Part shown: positions 63,301-64,000 of the stretch, one piece after another
How the letters are laid out: each line of letters opens with the position of its first letter
How positions within the stretch are numbered: position 1 is the stretch's first letter
From: Mobula hypostoma
Lineage: Eukaryota
Assembly (NCBI RefSeq): GCF_963921235.1
Contig: NC_086101.1
Location: forward strand, 7,690,001-7,754,000
DNA length: 64,000 nt
Direction of reading: 5' to 3'
Translations under genes and position numbers: made by a program
The notes under the pieces: generated by a model
Seen by the model: only the letters and a program-made list of their open reading frames with translations
Told to the model about the DNA's origin: nothing
Database searches by the model: none

Positions 63301-63820
63301 AGTTTTGGTCATCAAATTACAGGAAGGATATTAATAAGGTTGAAAGAGTGCAGAGAAGGTTTACAAAGATGTTGCCGGGACTTGAGAAACGCAGTTACAG
63401 AGAAAGGTTGAATAGGTTAGGACTTTATTCCCTGGAGCGTAGAAGAATGAGGGGAGATTTGATAGAGGTATATAAAACTATGATGGGTATAGATAGAGTG
63501 AATGCAAGCAGGCTTTTTCCACTGAGGCAAGGGGAGAAAAAAACCAGAGGACATGGGTTAAGGGTGAGGGGGGAAAAGTTTAACGGGAACATTAGGGGGG
63601 GTTTCTTCACACAGAGAGTGGTGGGAGTGGAGGTGGTAAATGCGGGTTCTTTTTTAACATTTAAGAATAAATTGGACAGATACATGGATGGGAGGTGTAT
63701 GGAGGGATATGGTCCATGTGTAGGTCAGTGGGACTAGGCAGAAAATGGTTCGGCACAGCCAAGAAGGGCCAAAAGGCCTGTTTCTGTGCTATAGTTTTTC
63801 TATGGTTTTCTGTGGTTTCT
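60388..63820 (+). mobile_element. CR1 LINE (family A) second copy: SGNH ORF1 C-terminal half, EN and RT
   Basis: VIGDSIVRG...GTND...DGLH with esterase motifs intact; DVIAISETW; FADD; tail. Reverse-complement paralog of 34248-40000. Confidence 0.95.
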
Positions 63821-64000
63821 AATATAGTGTCAAAGTCACAGAGGATTCACAATGCAGGTGGACAAACAACAGAGGAACAGAAGCTGTCCTCAAGTCTGGT
63901 GGTGTGTGCTCCCAACCTTTTGCATCTTCAGCCTGGTTGTAGGAGAGAGAAGACAGAGTAACTCGGGTTCGGTTGGGAAGTACTGCCATTGGTTTATTAT

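Noticed and set aside
58655..64000. NEU1 exon 1 (signal peptide)
   Set aside because: No ATG-initiated hydrophobic exon with a phase 0 donor was found and the region is almost all TE. It probably lies beyond the window.

Overview
Repeat-dense vertebrate genomic DNA, most likely a cartilaginous fish (shark or ray). That is inferred from the repeat mix: CR1 with an SGNH-esterase ORF1, V-SINE cores, Rex1/Babar, Penelope and Tx1/L1. Two spliced protein-coding genes lie in tandem on the minus strand, and the ORF track does not recover either as a gene. (1) NEU1, lysosomal sialidase: coding exons 2-6 at 58465-58654, 48417-48679, 42992-43174, 28697-28916 and 21619-21821. All introns are GT-AG, the frame is intact (352 aa), and exon 1 was not found, so it probably lies beyond 64000. 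(2) A V-ATPase subunit G gene most like ATP6V1G2: exons 1-2 at 10719-10800 and 3378-3478; exon 3 was not found and probably lies before position 1. Both are MHC class III genes in mammals, so this is probably part of an elasmobranch MHC class III region. Most of the remainder is transposable-element debris, often nested. The most notable non-genic signals are: minimal hammerhead-ribozyme motifs in palindromic Penelope-derived elements; a CR1 inserted into another CR1 at almost the homologous position, giving an in-frame 766-aa chimera; an inverted CR1 pair around NEU1 exons 2-4 that shares three frameshifts; and a 5'-only L1-like insertion with a perfect 15-bp TSD. I found no convincing wholly new gene system. 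Repeat boundaries without a stated TSD are approximate, and all identities were judged by eye.
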